Below are positions 10,187 through 21,799 of a stretch of 64,000 nt of DNA, one piece after another. The translations under genes and the position numbers were made by a program. Position 1 is the stretch's first letter. Each line of letters begins with the position of its first letter. The stretch covers positions 3,552,001 through 3,616,000 of the forward strand of contig OZ241362.1 of assembly GCA_965200315.1 (NCBI GenBank), written 5' to 3'. The DNA is from Candidatus Latescibacterota bacterium (lineage in GTDB: Bacteria; Latescibacterota; UBA2968; UBA8231). The notes under the pieces were generated by a model. That model made no database searches and was not told where the DNA came from. It saw only the letters and a program-made list of their open reading frames with translations.

Positions 10187-10631
10187 ATGGCCGAGTTGGA
10201 TGCCGTTTCCAAACATCTGATCCAAACCTATCCCGCCGACTTCGTCCACTTCGCCCTCCAGCGCGCTGACGTCGAAATCCTCGGAGTACTCGACACCGAA
10301 CAACCCACTGTCGAAGCCCGCCGCACCGACAGTCTCATCCGCGTGCGCATTGACGGCGAGGGTGCCCTAGTCCACTACGAATTTCAAACAGTGCCCGTGA
10401 GGAAGGCATGAAGAAAGGGATCGAACAAGGGATCAAGCAGGGCATTGAGCAAGGGCTCCGACAAAGTATCCAAGAAGTGTTGGCGCTGCGCTTTGATCTC
10501 GGCGCTGTTCAATCTTTCGCCGCGGGCTTGGGGGCATCAACGATGTGCAGCGCCTCAAGCAGTTGCATCGGGCAGCCATACAGGTGCCTAGCCTTGAAGT
10601 CTTTCGCAGCCTGTTAGACGACTTCGCGTGA
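10187..10631 (+). pseudogene. Rpn/PD-(D/E)XK transposase-like remnant (N- and C-termini only)
   Basis: N-terminal RRTDSL...HYEFQT joined directly to GIEQG repeats and a frameshifted C-terminus (RLKQLHRAAI); central part absent. Confidence 0.7.
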
Positions 10632-10677
10632 TATCAATTGGGAAAGTGGATAAGGTCGAGCTAGGGCCAGTGCGTCG

Positions 10678-12711
10678 CTATTTGCGCGGTTTCCTTCCAT
10701 ACCGCTCCCGCAAGACTCGCCGCATCACCTTGTTCGACGCAGTCCGCGGCAGCGATTCCACTACTAACACCTCGTGAATTTTGAACAGCGGATTGAGTTC
10801 CCGGCGGATCGTCTGCTGCATTGCGGCCCTTCGATCTTGCTCAGGACAGGCTTGCAAGCGATCGCCGGCGTTTTCCAGCACCGCGAAGATCACCAGCAGG
10901 CTCGGCCCACCCCCCGGCGGCGGTGCTGCAATCGCTGCGGTCTCGACCACGCCCGGCATCGCATTTAAGACTCGCTCAATCTCGGCTGAACTCACCTTAA
11001 TTCCGCCTAGATTCATGGCGTCGTCGGTTCGGCCGTGGACTCGATAGATGCCCGGGGCCAGCCGCTCGACTTGGTCGCCGTGGCGGCGCAGTGGCACTCC
11101 GTCTCGTTTGGGTACGCCCTCGTAGTACACTTCGCGGTGGTCGCGGTTGAGTACCCGAGTTGACATGCCAATGGCGGGCGGCACTAAAAAGACCTCGCCG
11201 CTTGCACACTCCCGTCCGTTTTCGTCCAAAATAGCCAAATCCGTCCCCAGCGTCGCCGAATTGAAGGTCGCGGGTGCGACCGGTTCGACTAGCGTGCTGA
11301 GCAAGTAGCCGCCCGCTAGCTCGGTGCCGCCGCAGTATTCGAGTATCGGCCGATACCCCGCCAGCGCCATCAGATAGTGCATGTCCTCGGCATTGGAGCA
11401 CTCTCCGGTGGTACTAAAAGCCCGAATCGCCGAAAAGTCGATCCCCTCCATGCAGCCCGTGCTGCGCCAGGTGCGCACCATGCTCGGGATAATGCCGAGC
11501 ATGGTAATGCCAGCCGCCTGCACAAACTCCCCAAAGCCCCGCTCGGTCGGCGTACCATAGTAAAGCGCCATGGTCGCCCGGTTCAAAAAGGCGGCGTAGA
11601 TCAGCCACGGCCCCATCATCCAGCCTAGATTGGTCGGCCAAGCGACCACATCGCCCGGATGGACATCGTGGTGATAATGCGCGTCGGCACCGCACTTGAT
11701 CGGGTTGACATGGGTCCAAGGCAGGGCCTTGGGGTCGCCGGTCGTGCCCGACGAAAACAGGACATTGGTCGTCGCGTCGGGGTTGTTGGCCACGGCCGCC
11801 GGTGCCTCGTCGGCTTGTAGGAATTCGTCCCAGCGCAGATCCCCAAGACGCAGCGTTTCCGTCAATCCCTTTCCGCGCCCCGACAGTACAATCGCCAACG
11901 GGGCCTCCGCAGCGACCAAGCGCGGATACAGCGGCAACTCGCGCCCCCCGCGCAAAATCACGTCTTGGGTAAAAACGGCCTTGGCCTCCCCAATCCGCAG
12001 TCGGGCGGCGATCTGGGGGGCGGCGAAGCTGTCGGCAATGGCCACTACCGAGCAACCGGCCTTGATGATTCCTAGATAGATTGCCACCGACTCGACCGTC
12101 ATCGGCATGGCCACGGCAATCCGGTCGCCGGGTCCAAATCCCAAGGCGCACAACCCGCCGGAGATCCGGTCGCACAGGGCTTCTAAGTCCCCGAAACTCA
12201 TTCGCTCAAGCTGACCACCCTCGCGCTGGAAGACGATGGCCGTCTGATCGGCGGGTGCTTGGAAGCAACTCTCGGCGATATTCATCTCGGCCCCGACAAA
12301 CCACTGGGGTGCTTCGACGCCTTGGGATAGATCGAGAAGCCGCGTGTACGGCTTGCGGAAGCGGATTCCCAAGCGAGCGATTGTCCGCTCCCAAAATGCC
12401 TCTCGCTCTGCAACCGACCACGCAAAGAGCGCGGCGTGCGAATTTAGGCCAAGCTCGCGGCGCAGTGCCGTCATATGCGCGTGCTCAATGTCTGCTGGTT
12501 CGGGGAAAAACACCGGGCCGCCCGCGCTGCCGTAGATTGCCCGATAGAGCAACTGGTGCAGCGCAAAGGGATGATCCGGTCTCAGAATGGATCGGGCCGC
12601 CCGCTGCCAGCGCGTTTCCGGCGAGCCGGAGAGGGCTTCGATTTGAGCTAAGAGCTGGGCGGCCTCTGGTTCGCCGACCCCGCAGCCGATGATGTCTGCG
12701 CGTTGGATCAT
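10678..12711 (-). CDS. AMP-binding acyl-CoA synthetase (acetyl/acetoacetyl-CoA synthetase-like)
   Basis: [27 protein letters not shown]; ATG overlaps stop of upstream gene (ATGA). Confidence 0.9.
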   Translation of the reverse strand: MIQRADIIGCGVGEPEAAQLLAQIEALSGSPETRWQRAARSILRPDHPFALHQLLYRAIYGSAGGPVFFPEPADIEHAHMTALRRELGLNSHAALFAWSVAEREAFWERTIARLGIRFRKPYTRLLDLSQGVEAPQWFVGAEMNIAESCFQAPADQTAIVFQREGGQLERMSFGDLEALCDRISGGLCALGFGPGDRIAVAMPMTVESVAIYLGIIKAGCSVVAIADSFAAPQIAARLRIGEAKAVFTQDVILRGGRELPLYPRLVAAEAPLAIVLSGRGKGLTETLRLGDLRWDEFLQADEAPAAVANNPDATTNVLFSSGTTGDPKALPWTHVNPIKCGADAHYHHDVHPGDVVAWPTNLGWMMGPWLIYAAFLNRATMALYYGTPTERGFGEFVQAAGITMLGIIPSMVRTWRSTGCMEGIDFSAIRAFSTTGECSNAEDMHYLMALAGYRPILEYCGGTELAGGYLLSTLVEPVAPATFNSATLGTDLAILDENGRECASGEVFLVPPAIGMSTRVLNRDHREVYYEGVPKRDGVPLRRHGDQVERLAPGIYRVHGRTDDAMNLGGIKVSSAEIERVLNAMPGVVETAAIAAPPPGGGPSLLVIFAVLENAGDRLQACPEQDRRAAMQQTIRRELNPLFKIHEVLVVESLPRTASNKVMRRVLRERYGRKPRK

Positions 12712-15047
12712 GGTGCCACGACCACCCGTATGCTCTGGCTCAATTCCGTCGGTGGGAGGCAACGGACCTCGTCACAGGCCTGATACTGGACCAAGAAGCG
12801 CAAATAGCCCGAGGTCCCAGCCGCTGCTGGGGGCAGCGACAAATCCGCCCACAGGGCGACCTGATCCTCGTACACCGCGAGCGTCTCGGCTAGGGCCGGA
12901 AAGGCCTGCGAGCGGCCGGTGGGATAGCGCACGTGGGCAAAAGCCAGCGGCCAGTCTGCATTGAGCGTCAGCGAGGTGGGAATGAGTAAGTCGCCCGAGG
13001 GCGGGTTGGCGTTGATGTGCCAGCCCGGGCGGATGTCTAGATGCACGGCCACGGCAAAAGCCTCGCCTGCCACGGGCTGTTGCGCGGGTAGTTCGACCCG
13101 CATGGAGACCAACGAATCCGCTTGCGCGTTCGCTAATGCGGCTGCGGACAGCGACGCTTGCAGATGGCGCTCGACTGCGGCGGTCAAATGCACCGAGGCC
13201 GCAGGCTGCGCCCACATGGCTCCGCCAAAAGCGGATAGGATTTGCGCTACCCGGCTGCGATAGGCTTCGGCAAGCTCAGCCGAGCCGTGCGCTTGGCCCG
13301 TCAGTTCGGCCAAGTCTAACAGCACGTGGGTGGCCACTGCATTGCCCGAAGGCAGGGCCGAGTCTTGGGCGAATTTGCTGCGCACGATAAGGGCGTTACT
13401 AGCTTCCGTAAAGAAAAACCCCCCGACCTCTTCGTCCCAAAACCGCGCCACCATCTCGTCGCTCAGCTCGTGCGCAGCCTGTAACCAGCGCGCCTCGCCA
13501 GTGGCCCGGTACAATGCCGTCAGCCCGCGCGTCAAAAACGCATAGTCGTCTAGATACGCTTCCTGCCGCGAGATCCCCAGCCGATGGACCCGCCACAGCC
13601 CCCCATCCTCGCGCCGCAGGTGCTCCAGAGCGAAATCAGCCGCCCGCTCGGCTGCTTGGCGATATTCAGGATCGCCCAAAACCGCGAAACCCCGCGCGTA
13701 CGCTTCGATCATCATCCCGTTCCAAGCGGCTAGCACCTTGTCGTCGAGGAGGGGATAGGGCCGCTCGGCCCGCGCCGCAAGGACGCGCTGCCGCAAGGGT
13801 GCCATCCGATCCCGCAACTCGGCAGGCGGCGTTTTCACGTAGAGGACGCCCCCCTCGCCTTCGGGCATGGGGGCCAACCCATAGGCGCCCCAGAACAATT
13901 CCGCCTCGTGCCCCAACACGTTCTCTATATCCTCCGCAGTCCACAGGTAGTACTTGCCCTCTTCGGCCTCGGTCTCGGCGTCCAATGCCGAGTAAAAAGC
14001 TCCTTCCGGGCCGGTCATCTCCCGTGCGACAAAGCGAAAAATATCCTCTGCCACCCACCGCCAGCGGTCGTCTCCCGTCAGTTCGTACGCGCACAAGTAT
14101 AGCCGCGACAAATGAGCTTGGTTGTAGAGCATCTTCTCGAAGTGCGGCACTCGCCACTCGGCGTCCGTGGCGTAGCGGTGAAAGCCGCCGCCGATTTGGT
14201 CGTAGATGCCGCCGGCCGCCATCCGCTCCAGCGAGTGCAAAACGATGCGCTGTACTTGGGGATCGGCAAAGCGCTCGGCCGTGGCCGTCAGCATCTCCAA
14301 GCGCAAGCTCGGGGGGAATTTGGGTGCGCCCCCGAAGCCGCCGTTAATCGCGTCGTAGCGCGCCTGAATAGCGGCTAGCACTCGCGCTACTAGCAAAGAA
14401 TCTGCTGGCACGGCTGTCATCTGCTGCCCGGATTCCAAGTCGCGGATGGCCGCGGTCAAGCGGCCCGCGATTTGGAGCACTTGCTCGCGCTTATTCTGCC
14501 AGCGCTGGTGCGTGAAGTCCAAGACTTGGGGAAAGGAAGGCCGCCCGGGCAAGGGCTTGGGCGGAAAGTACGTGCCGGCGAAAAACGGCTCTTGGTCTGG
14601 CGTCAAAAACACCGAATTGGGCCAGCCACCGTGCTGAGTAGTTAGCTGGGTCGCCAGCATGTAAATGCGGTCGATGTCGGGCCGCTCCTCGCGATCGACC
14701 TTGATGTTGATAAAGCTAACGTTCATCTGCGCCGCGATTTCGGGATCGGAAAAGACCAGCCGCTCCATGACGTGGCACCAATAACAGGTTGAGTAGCCGA
14801 CCGACAAAAAGATCGGCTTGTCCTCGGCCTTGGCCCTCGCTAGTGCCTCCTCCCCCCAGGGGTACCACTCGACCGGATTGTGCGCGTGTAGCAATAAATA
14901 GGGGCTCGTCTCCCCCACTAGATGATTGCTGTACTTCCAAGATCCATCCGCGTTCTTCAGCTCATTCCCTACGGCAACTCCCGCACCCAAAGCCGCGGCG
15001 AAGAGGCCGAGCCAAAAGCACCGGGATATGGACCAAAGACGCGCCAA
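12708..15047 (-). CDS. YyaL/DUF255 thioredoxin-domain protein with C-terminal DsbD-N-like domain, signal peptide
   Basis: [38 protein letters not shown]; C-terminal GWHIN...[11 protein letters not shown]. Confidence 0.9.
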   Translation of the reverse strand: MARLWSISRCFWLGLFAAALGAGVAVGNELKNADGSWKYSNHLVGETSPYLLLHAHNPVEWYPWGEEALARAKAEDKPIFLSVGYSTCYWCHVMERLVFSDPEIAAQMNVSFINIKVDREERPDIDRIYMLATQLTTQHGGWPNSVFLTPDQEPFFAGTYFPPKPLPGRPSFPQVLDFTHQRWQNKREQVLQIAGRLTAAIRDLESGQQMTAVPADSLLVARVLAAIQARYDAINGGFGGAPKFPPSLRLEMLTATAERFADPQVQRIVLHSLERMAAGGIYDQIGGGFHRYATDAEWRVPHFEKMLYNQAHLSRLYLCAYELTGDDRWRWVAEDIFRFVAREMTGPEGAFYSALDAETEAEEGKYYLWTAEDIENVLGHEAELFWGAYGLAPMPEGEGGVLYVKTPPAELRDRMAPLRQRVLAARAERPYPLLDDKVLAAWNGMMIEAYARGFAVLGDPEYRQAAERAADFALEHLRREDGGLWRVHRLGISRQEAYLDDYAFLTRGLTALYRATGEARWLQAAHELSDEMVARFWDEEVGGFFFTEASNALIVRSKFAQDSALPSGNAVATHVLLDLAELTGQAHGSAELAEAYRSRVAQILSAFGGAMWAQPAASVHLTAAVERHLQASLSAAALANAQADSLVSMRVELPAQQPVAGEAFAVAVHLDIRPGWHINANPPSGDLLIPTSLTLNADWPLAFAHVRYPTGRSQAFPALAETLAVYEDQVALWADLSLPPAAAGTSGYLRFLVQYQACDEVRCLPPTELSQSIRVVVAP

Positions 15048-15056
15048 GTAGGCCCC

Positions 15057-16094
15057 CTACCCGATCATTTCTCGGGTCGCCTCCACTACGTACTGGACGT
15101 CCTCTGGCCCCACGTGCCGATTCGCCACCAGCCGCGCCCCGTGCGGCGGACGCGGATTGCACAACACCCCCCGCGCCTTCCACTTGGCCACCAGATCGGC
15201 CGCCGACCACCCCAAGGCCGCAAAATCCACCTTGAGTATGTTGGTCGGTCGCGGCGGAAAAGTCACCTCGACGCCCTCGATTGCGCCCAACCCCACGGCC
15301 AGTTCCCGCGCCACTACGTGGTCTTCAGCCAGCCGATCTACCATCTCCTCTAAGGCTACGATCCCGGCCGCGGCCACTACACCGGCTTGGCGCATGGCAC
15401 CGCCGAGCCGCTTGCGCATCCGATAGGCCCGGTCGACAAAGTCCCTGCTGCCGCACAGTAGCGAGCCGACCGGTGCGCTCAGCCCCTTGGAGATGCAGAA
15501 CATCACGGAGTCAACGTGCTGAGTGTATTCTGGGACCGTCGTCCCGGTGGCTATGGCGGCGTTAAAAATGCGCGCCCCGTCCACGTGCAGTTTCAGCCCG
15601 TGTTCGCGGCATGCGGCACTCACCGCAGCCACCTCGGCGACGGACCAAGCGTGGCCAGCGTGGTTGTTGTGGGTGTTCTCGATGCAGACGACCTTGAGCG
15701 GGGCGAAGTGCGGGTTGTCGGCGCGGACCGTGTCGCGTACCTGGTCGGCGGTGATGACGCCGTGCTCGCCCGCAGCGATGCGCGCGGACAGCCCGGCGAG
15801 CGAGGCGTAGGTTCCGGCCTCCCAGTAGTACATGTGAGCCTGTTCCTCAAAGAGCACCTCGTCTCCCCAATTGGTGTGGGTCATCAAGGCGCAGGCATTG
15901 CCCATCGTACCCGAAGCCACGTAGAGCGCGGCTTCGAGGCCCACCTTTTCGGCCGCCAATTCTTGCAGATGGTTGACCGTTGGGTCTTCGCCGTACACAT
16001 CGTCGCCCAATGGCGCACAGGCCATGGCTTCCCGCATGGCCTCGGTCGGCAGGGTAATCGTGTCGCTGCGCAGGTCTATTGTTTTGTCGCTCAT
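15057..16094 (-). CDS. ltaE: low-specificity L-threonine aldolase
   Basis: [40 protein letters not shown]; GAGGAG SD. Confidence 0.92.
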   Translation of the reverse strand: MSDKTIDLRSDTITLPTEAMREAMACAPLGDDVYGEDPTVNHLQELAAEKVGLEAALYVASGTMGNACALMTHTNWGDEVLFEEQAHMYYWEAGTYASLAGLSARIAAGEHGVITADQVRDTVRADNPHFAPLKVVCIENTHNNHAGHAWSVAEVAAVSAACREHGLKLHVDGARIFNAAIATGTTVPEYTQHVDSVMFCISKGLSAPVGSLLCGSRDFVDRAYRMRKRLGGAMRQAGVVAAAGIVALEEMVDRLAEDHVVARELAVGLGAIEGVEVTFPPRPTNILKVDFAALGWSAADLVAKWKARGVLCNPRPPHGARLVANRHVGPEDVQYVVEATREMIG

Positions 16095-16182
16095 AATGGG
16101 TAGGCTCCTCAATTGACGCTGTAATTTGCTCGCCCTATTTTAGGCGGTCGCAAAATTTACAAATCACAAGGAGTTGCGTCCA

Positions 16183-17817
16183 ATGGCCTTTTCTGCCAAA
16201 GGCACCACCCACCGCAGCACCGCCACGGGCCGCCGCGGCATGATCGCCGCGGCGCATCCTCTCGCCGCGCTCGCCGGTATGCGCGTCCTGATGGAGGGCG
16301 GCAATGCCATTGACGCGGCCATTGCCACGGCCGCCGCGCTCAACGTGGTTGAGCCGTATATGTCGGGCATTGGCGGCGTTGGCTATCTGCACATCTACAG
16401 CACCCGCGAAAAAGAGCACAAGATCGTCGATTACGTCGGCCTCACCCCGCGGGCGGCCACGCTGAATCTGTACGACAGCAACGACAAACAGGGGCTCGGC
16501 CCCCTTTCGCCGGTGGTCCCTGGTGCTTGCGGCGGCTGGCTGGCCGCGCTGGAGCGCTACGGCTCGATGGACGCCGCCCGCGTCTTCGCTCCGGCCATTG
16601 AGTACGCCGAGCAGGGCTACGCCCTCACGGTCAAGAATGCCTATTTCTATGCGGGCGCGGCCTCAAGCCTGCGCCGCTTCAAGACCGGTGCCGACACCTA
16701 TCTGCTCAATGGCGCGGCCCCTGAGCCTGGGGAAGTGGTGGTGCAAAAGGCCCTTGCCGAGACCTTCCGCCAAGTCGCAGCCGAGGGCGCGGATGTCTTT
16801 TACAAGGGCGCGATTGCCGACCGCATCGCCCGCTATATGGAGGAGACCGGCGGCCTGATTACAAAAGAAGACCTCGCCGATTTCGCTCCGGCATTCATTG
16901 ACCCGATCTCTATCAACTATCGCGGCTATGAGGTCTTTGCGCCGCCGCCGCCCTGCCAAGCTGTCCAGTACTTGGAGACGCTGGCCATCATGGAGGGCTT
17001 TGACGTGGCCGGCCTCGGCCACAACACCGCCCCGACCTTGCACCGCTTTATCGAGACTACCAAGCTGGCCATGGCCGACCGCATTGCCTACGCGGCCATC
17101 GACAACCCACCGACCGCAGGCCTGCTGTCGAAGGAATACGCAGCCGAGCGGCGTACGCTCATCGGCGACAAGGCCCAGTTTACCGCGGGCGAGCACCTCG
17201 TACCCGGCGGCCCGGTCGGGGAGGTCAAAGCGGGTGACCCGCGCGTGTGGATGAGCGAATGCACGACCCATTTCGACACCATCGACGCCGATGGCAACGC
17301 CGTCGCTTGTACCCAGAGCTTGGGCGGTGCTTTTGGTTCGTCCATGGTGGTGCCGGAGACCGGCATTGCGCTCAACGACTTCATGCGCTGGTTCGACCGC
17401 GAGCCTACTAGCCCCAACGTCATTGGTCCGGCCAAGAAAAACGAGATGTGCGTCTCACCGGCCCAAGTTTGGGACGCCGATGGCCTGCGCCTGCTCATCG
17501 GCACCCCAGGGAGCTATGGCATCCTCCAGACTACCCCGCAGATGATCATGAACATCCTCGATCACCAGATGAACGTCCAAGCCGCCATTGAGGCCCCGCG
17601 CGTCAAGACCGGAAGCTCCGGCTTTGTCGTCGATGCTGAAAATCGCATTGACCGCGAGGTCTTCGCCGAGCTGGAGCGCCGCGGCCACCAGTTCAATTTC
17701 CTCGGCGACTGGTCGCCCGGAGTCGGCGGTGGCCAAGGCATCATGGTCGATGCCGACACGGGTTCCTTTATGGGCGGGGCCGACCCGCGCCGCGACGGCT
17801 ATGCCCTCGGTTGGTGA
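16183..17817 (+). CDS. ggt: gamma-glutamyltransferase family protein
   Basis: GGNAIDAA, VVEPYMSGIGG, catalytic Thr in CTTHF, GADPRRDG; AAGGAG SD. Confidence 0.9.
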   Translation: MAFSAKGTTHRSTATGRRGMIAAAHPLAALAGMRVLMEGGNAIDAAIATAAALNVVEPYMSGIGGVGYLHIYSTREKEHKIVDYVGLTPRAATLNLYDSNDKQGLGPLSPVVPGACGGWLAALERYGSMDAARVFAPAIEYAEQGYALTVKNAYFYAGAASSLRRFKTGADTYLLNGAAPEPGEVVVQKALAETFRQVAAEGADVFYKGAIADRIARYMEETGGLITKEDLADFAPAFIDPISINYRGYEVFAPPPPCQAVQYLETLAIMEGFDVAGLGHNTAPTLHRFIETTKLAMADRIAYAAIDNPPTAGLLSKEYAAERRTLIGDKAQFTAGEHLVPGGPVGEVKAGDPRVWMSECTTHFDTIDADGNAVACTQSLGGAFGSSMVVPETGIALNDFMRWFDREPTSPNVIGPAKKNEMCVSPAQVWDADGLRLLIGTPGSYGILQTTPQMIMNILDHQMNVQAAIEAPRVKTGSSGFVVDAENRIDREVFAELERRGHQFNFLGDWSPGVGGGQGIMVDADTGSFMGGADPRRDGYALGW

Positions 17818-17820
17818 GTG

Positions 17821-18966
17821 GTGAGCACAGGCGATAATTACACCAGCCCCCCCCACGTCGAATTCTCCGGCGTCAGCAAAAGCTACGATGGCCGCAACTG
17901 GGTTGTGCGGGACCTCGACCTCGTCGTACACAAGGGCGAATTCCTCACCATGCTCGGGCCGTCTGGCTCCGGCAAGACGACTTGCTTGATGATGCTCGCC
18001 GGATTTGAGACGCCCGCTTCTGGGACCATCCACATCAATGGCGTACCGGTTGGCGATTTGCCTCCCCACAAGCGCGACATTGGCGTCGTATTTCAAAACT
18101 ACGCGCTCTTTCCGCACATGACAGTCGGCGGCAACTTGGCGTTTCCACTAAAAGTGCGCGGCATGGACCCAAGCGAGCAGCGAGAGCGAGTGGACCGCAC
18201 CTTGCGCCTCGTGCGCCTTGAAGGCTTGGCGGAGCGCCGCCCAGGGCAGCTATCCGGTGGCCAGCAACAGCGCGTTGCCATCGCCCGCGCCTTGGTCTTC
18301 GACCCGGAGCTTGTGTTGATGGACGAGCCACTCGGTGCGCTCGACCGACGCCTGCGCGAGGAGATGCAATACGAAATCCGCCGCATTCAGCGCACCTTGG
18401 GCATAACCGTCGTCTATGTCACGCACGATCAGCAGGAGGCCATGGTCATGTCGGATCGAGTCGCCGTCTTTCGCGGCGGCGCGATCGAACAGATCGCATC
18501 CCCAGAGGTGCTCTACGAAGAGCCGGAGCGCGCTTTTGTAGCCCATTTCATCGGCGAGAACAACCGCCTAAACGGCGTGGTGCGCACGGTTGGCGATGGC
18601 GTGTGCGAAGTAGAGGTCGGCGATGCGCTCGTCGAGGCTGTGAGCTTGGGGCAATGCCCGCCGGGCGCTGCTGCGACGGTCGTCGTGCGTCCGGAGCGGG
18701 TGACTATCTCGCTGGGTGAGGGCGGGTACTCGTACGCCAACGAGTTTGATGCTGATGTCGAGGATATAGCATTTCTCGGCGATCACATACGTCTGCGCCT
18801 AAAGCTGTGTGAGCACTCGGGTTTCATCGTCAAGATTCCCAACATCGTGGGCCACGGAGCGGTGTTGGAAGGAGATCGGATCCGAGTCGGCTGGCCCGCG
18901 CTGGACTGCCGTGCGCTGAAACCCGATGCTGCGGACGGCGCAGAGGATCCATCTACAAGTGGTTGA
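17821..18966 (+). CDS. PotA-type ABC transporter ATPase
   Basis: GPSGSGKT, FQNYALFPH, LSGGQQQR, DEPLGALD; C-terminal TOBE region. Confidence 0.92.
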   Translation: MSTGDNYTSPPHVEFSGVSKSYDGRNWVVRDLDLVVHKGEFLTMLGPSGSGKTTCLMMLAGFETPASGTIHINGVPVGDLPPHKRDIGVVFQNYALFPHMTVGGNLAFPLKVRGMDPSEQRERVDRTLRLVRLEGLAERRPGQLSGGQQQRVAIARALVFDPELVLMDEPLGALDRRLREEMQYEIRRIQRTLGITVVYVTHDQQEAMVMSDRVAVFRGGAIEQIASPEVLYEEPERAFVAHFIGENNRLNGVVRTVGDGVCEVEVGDALVEAVSLGQCPPGAAATVVVRPERVTISLGEGGYSYANEFDADVEDIAFLGDHIRLRLKLCEHSGFIVKIPNIVGHGAVLEGDRIRVGWPALDCRALKPDAADGAEDPSTSG

Positions 18967-20191
18967 CCAAGTAACAGCGGAGACGGGTTTAGACACATCC
19001 AAGCAGCAGGCGCGGCAGCGGAGGCGAGCGGCCGGGCTAGCTCTGCCGCTGATCGCCTTTGTCTTGGCGACCTTTGTCGCGCCACTTGGCACATTGCTGG
19101 TGCGCAGCGCGTACGATCCCCTAGTCGCGGATGCGTTGCCGGAAACGCTTGCCCTATTGCGGACATGGGACGGGGCTAGTGCCTTGGAGGAGCCTGTGTA
19201 CGCAACGGCCGCACGCGAGTTGCTGCAGGCGCGTGAGGAGCGCACCCTCGGGCAAATTGCCACTCGCGTCAACCGCATCAAGAGCGGCTTGCGCAGCGTC
19301 GTCACGCGCAGTGCGCGCCAGTTGCGCAACGCCAGCGGCGACTCTTGGCGCGAGACCATGATCGGCATCGACGATGCTTGGGGTAGGCCGGATGTGTGGC
19401 TGGCGATTCGCAGTGCTGGGGAGCGGTTCACGTTCCGCCACTATATCAATGCGCTCGATCTCATGCGCCAACCCGATGGTAGCATCGCCCGGCAGCCCGA
19501 GGAACGGCGCATCTACCGGCCGCTTTTGTGGCGCACACTAGCGATTAGCTTGGGCATTTCCGCGCTGTGCTTGGCCATTGGCTACCCGATTGCCCACCTG
19601 ATCGCCGCCGCGCCGCCGCGCCGCGCCAACCTGCTGTTGTTGCTGGTGTTGGTGCCGTTTTGGACATCCCTGCTGGTGAGGACGACGGCTTGGATCGTGT
19701 TGCTCCAAACCCAAGGCGTAATCAACAATTTGCTGGTGGCGAGCGGACTGGTCGCGGACGACGGCCGCATCGCCATGATATACAACATGACCGGTACATT
19801 CGTGGCGATGACCCATGTGCTGCTGCCCTTCATGGTCCTGCCGCTGTATTCGGTGATGCGTTCGATTCCGCCTTCACACGTACAGGCCGCGGCCTCCCTC
19901 GGTGCGACTCCCTTTCAGGCGTTCTGGCGCGTCTATTGGCCGCAGACCTTGCCCGGCGTTGGTGCTGGACTGCTAATGGTGTTCATCCTCGCCATTGGCT
20001 ACTACATCACGCCGGCGCTGGTCGGCGGAAGCAAGGGTCAGCTCATCTCCAACATGATCGCCTACCACATGCAGACCTCGCTCAACTGGGGACTCGCGGC
20101 CGCGCTCGCCGTCATCCTGCTCGTGGGTATCATCGCGCTGTACGTGTTCTACGACCGCGTGGTGGGTATCGACCGCATGAGGCTGGGCTGA
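18959..20191 (+). CDS. PotB-type ABC permease (start uncertain)
   Basis: PFWTSLLVRT, LLPFMVLPLY, AAASLGA EAA loop. Confidence 0.88.
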   Translation: MVDQVTAETGLDTSKQQARQRRRAAGLALPLIAFVLATFVAPLGTLLVRSAYDPLVADALPETLALLRTWDGASALEEPVYATAARELLQAREERTLGQIATRVNRIKSGLRSVVTRSARQLRNASGDSWRETMIGIDDAWGRPDVWLAIRSAGERFTFRHYINALDLMRQPDGSIARQPEERRIYRPLLWRTLAISLGISALCLAIGYPIAHLIAAAPPRRANLLLLLVLVPFWTSLLVRTTAWIVLLQTQGVINNLLVASGLVADDGRIAMIYNMTGTFVAMTHVLLPFMVLPLYSVMRSIPPSHVQAAASLGATPFQAFWRVYWPQTLPGVGAGLLMVFILAIGYYITPALVGGSKGQLISNMIAYHMQTSLNWGLAAALAVILLVGIIALYVFYDRVVGIDRMRLG

Positions 20192-21006
20192 TGTTGGGGC
20201 GGTGGGTCTATCTCGCGTTCTGCACGGCGGCGTTTGTCTTCTTGGTCGCGCCGATCTTGGTGATCGTGCCGCTCAGCTTTAATGCGGAGCCGTATTTTAC
20301 GTTTACCGAGGGCATGTTGCGCCTCGACCCGGAGGCGTATTCGCTGCGTTGGTACCGCAGCATCTTTGAAGACGGCGTATGGCTCCGCGCCTTGGTCAAC
20401 AGCGTGGTCATCGGCGTCTCGGCGACGCTACTGGCGACCTCGTTTGGCACACTTGCGGCCCTTGGGCTGGCGAATTCGGCCATGCCCGCTCGGCGGGCTG
20501 TGATGGGGCTGTTGATCTCGCCGATGATCACGCCGGTCATTATCGCTGCGGTGGGGATGTTCTTTTTTTACTCCAGCCTTGGCTTGGCTCAGACTCACCT
20601 TGGCATAATCCTCGCCCATGCCGTGCTCGGGGTGCCGTTTGTAGTGATTACCGTAACCGCCACGTTGTCGGGCTTCGACCAGAACTTGATGCGGGCCGCC
20701 GCCAGCCTCGGCGCGGGTCCGCTGTACAGCTTCTGGCGAGTACAGTTGCCGCTCATCGCACCCGGAGTTGCGTCTGGCGGGTTGTTCGCCTTTGCCGCTT
20801 CCTTCGACGAGGTCGTGGTGGTGCTGTTCATGGGTGGCTTGGAGCAGCGAACCATCCCGCGGCAGATGTGGGCGGGCATTCGCGAGCAAATCAGCCCCAC
20901 CATCCTAGCGGTGGCGACCTTTCTCATCGCTTTTGCGGTCTTGGTTTTGTTTACAGTAGAATGGCTGCGCCGTCGCGGGAGTGGAACCGGCTCCCGCGCA
21001 GGATGA
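20191..21006 (+). CDS. PotC-type ABC permease
   Basis: SLRWY, AAASLGA, SFDEVVV; ATG overlaps upstream TGA. Confidence 0.9.
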   Translation: MLGRWVYLAFCTAAFVFLVAPILVIVPLSFNAEPYFTFTEGMLRLDPEAYSLRWYRSIFEDGVWLRALVNSVVIGVSATLLATSFGTLAALGLANSAMPARRAVMGLLISPMITPVIIAAVGMFFFYSSLGLAQTHLGIILAHAVLGVPFVVITVTATLSGFDQNLMRAAASLGAGPLYSFWRVQLPLIAPGVASGGLFAFAASFDEVVVVLFMGGLEQRTIPRQMWAGIREQISPTILAVATFLIAFAVLVLFTVEWLRRRGSGTGSRAG

Positions 21007-21125
21007 ATGCGCTAGCCTAGCGACTAAGCCCGAACCAAAAAGACCTTGAGATACCCCTGAATTATCCGTATTACTTTGGGGCGATCAATGAAGCATCCGT
21101 AAACACTGGGCCTGAAAGGAAAGGT

Positions 21126-21779
21126 ATGCTGAGATTCACCGAAGAAATTATGCTTCTTTTGCTCGACGACGAAGATGGGAGCTTCGCCCGAGTGCCTGAC
21201 CGATTGGTGCGGTATGCCTTGAGCGGTGGAGTCCTGATGGAACTGGCGCTGGAAGACCGGATCGACACCGACTTGGACAAGCTGACCTTGGTCGATAGCA
21301 CCCCCTTGCAAGATAGCCTGATCGACCCGATACTGAGCGACATTGCGGCGGCGACCGAAACGCACGATACCCGTTACTGGCTGGAGCGCACTGCCATCGG
21401 TGCCGATGACATCCGCGAGGGTGCGCTTCGCGGGCTGGTGCAGAGGGGCATTCTCGCACGCGAGGAGGGGCGCTTCCTGTGGGTGTTTCGCTCGCGGCGC
21501 TATCCGGCCATCGATGGCAAGGCCGAGCAAGAGGTCAAGCTGCGCATCATGGAGGTGCTGTTCAGCGATAAGATCCCCGACCCCCGCGACGTGGTTATTA
21601 TCTGCTTGGCGGATGCCTGCGGAATTTTTGAAAGGCTCTTGTCCAGCCGCGAGCTAGCCCGAGCGAGCGGGCGCATCGAACAGGTGCGCAAGCTGGACTT
21701 AATTGGCCAAGAAGTGACCAAGGCCATCTGGGACATTGAAGCGTCGCTCGCCCTCGCCGTGCAGCCGCACATGTATTAA
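21126..21779 (+). CDS. GPP34/GOLPH3 family protein
   Basis: EEIMLLLLDD..G, GGVLMELALEDRI, FLWVFRSRRYP pattern. Confidence 0.8.
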   Translation: MLRFTEEIMLLLLDDEDGSFARVPDRLVRYALSGGVLMELALEDRIDTDLDKLTLVDSTPLQDSLIDPILSDIAAATETHDTRYWLERTAIGADDIREGALRGLVQRGILAREEGRFLWVFRSRRYPAIDGKAEQEVKLRIMEVLFSDKIPDPRDVVIICLADACGIFERLLSSRELARASGRIEQVRKLDLIGQEVTKAIWDIEASLALAVQPHMY

Positions 21780-21799
21780 ACGCTGGGTTGTTGTAGCCG

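Noticed and set aside
19567-20190. Long N-terminal extension of the PotC ORF (479 aa)
   Set aside because: Alternative-frame overlap with the PotB gene; real start is the coupled ATG at 20191
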